Shown in pieces: positions 24,142 to 24,338 of a stretch of 24,338 nucleotides of DNA. Each line of letters starts with the position of its first letter. The first letter of the stretch is position 1. The notes under the pieces are model-generated. The model did not search any database, was not told the DNA's origin, and saw only the letters and a list, made by a program, of their open reading frames with translations. The stretch spans positions 1 to 24,338 of the forward strand of contig JBJOHQ010000235.1 of NCBI GenBank assembly GCA_046047595.1. The letters run 5' to 3'. Source of the DNA: Planctomycetota bacterium. GTDB taxonomy: Bacteria; Planctomycetota; Phycisphaerae; Phycisphaerales; SM1A02. A program made the position numbers and the translations under genes.

Positions 24142-24338
24142 ATGCCCCCACAGTCGCACAATCCGGGTGCCGAGGCTGAACGCCTGATGATGCAGCAGCG
24201 CTTCCCAGAGGCACTTGCCTGCGCGGAAGCGTGGGCGGCGGCCTCTCCGCGGGACTGGCGACCCTACGACGTTCTCGCGCGCATCCACTTCGCGGTCGGA
24301 CGATTGCAGCAATCGGCGGATGCGGTGGACCGTGCACT
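24142..24338 (+). CDS. Tetratricopeptide-repeat protein, N-terminal fragment truncated by the window edge
   Basis: Own translation (absent from the ORF track): MPPQSHNPGAEAERLMMQQRFPEALACAEAWAAASPRDWRPYDVLARIHFAVGRLQQSADAVDRA, with TPR spacing (A..EA......P.D......LA......G....A). Confidence 0.75.
   Translation, partial: MPPQSHNPGAEAERLMMQQRFPEALACAEAWAAASPRDWRPYDVLARIHFAVGRLQQSADAVDRA

Overview
GC-rich bacterial chromosomal window, most likely Planctomycetota (Phycisphaerales-like). The evidence is two VP(S/A)PG-type PEP-CTERM proteins and two secreted proteins with planctomycete-type dockerin-like tails. It holds about 19 CDS (the last truncated by the right edge): a non-phosphorylative L-fuconate catabolic operon (Gfo/Idh/MocA oxidoreductase, L-fuconate dehydratase, SDR), transporters (ChaA, DUF486-type DMT, DHA2 MFS, SLC13), a transglutaminase-like/alpha-beta-hydrolase fusion, an ICMT-family protein, a Wzy_C protein, an orphan HicA-like gene and several secreted proteins. 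No rRNA, tRNA, CRISPR array or mobile element is supported. Best leads: (1) a secreted EF-hand plus cytochrome b562-like fusion that keeps both heme ligands; (2) a secreted 826-aa protein with a W-rich, N/Q/Y-rich prion-like tail and a 21-aa repeat, followed by a Wzy_C gene; (3) TAnnnT -10 boxes 6-9 nt before many start codons, suggesting widespread leaderless transcription; (4) a dockerin-tagged beta-propeller/diheme protein with Phe at the MauG Tyr-ligand position; (5) a His-rich orphan HicA with an operator-like palindrome. All family calls come from motif recognition by eye; no database searches were run, and novelty cannot be confirmed without them.
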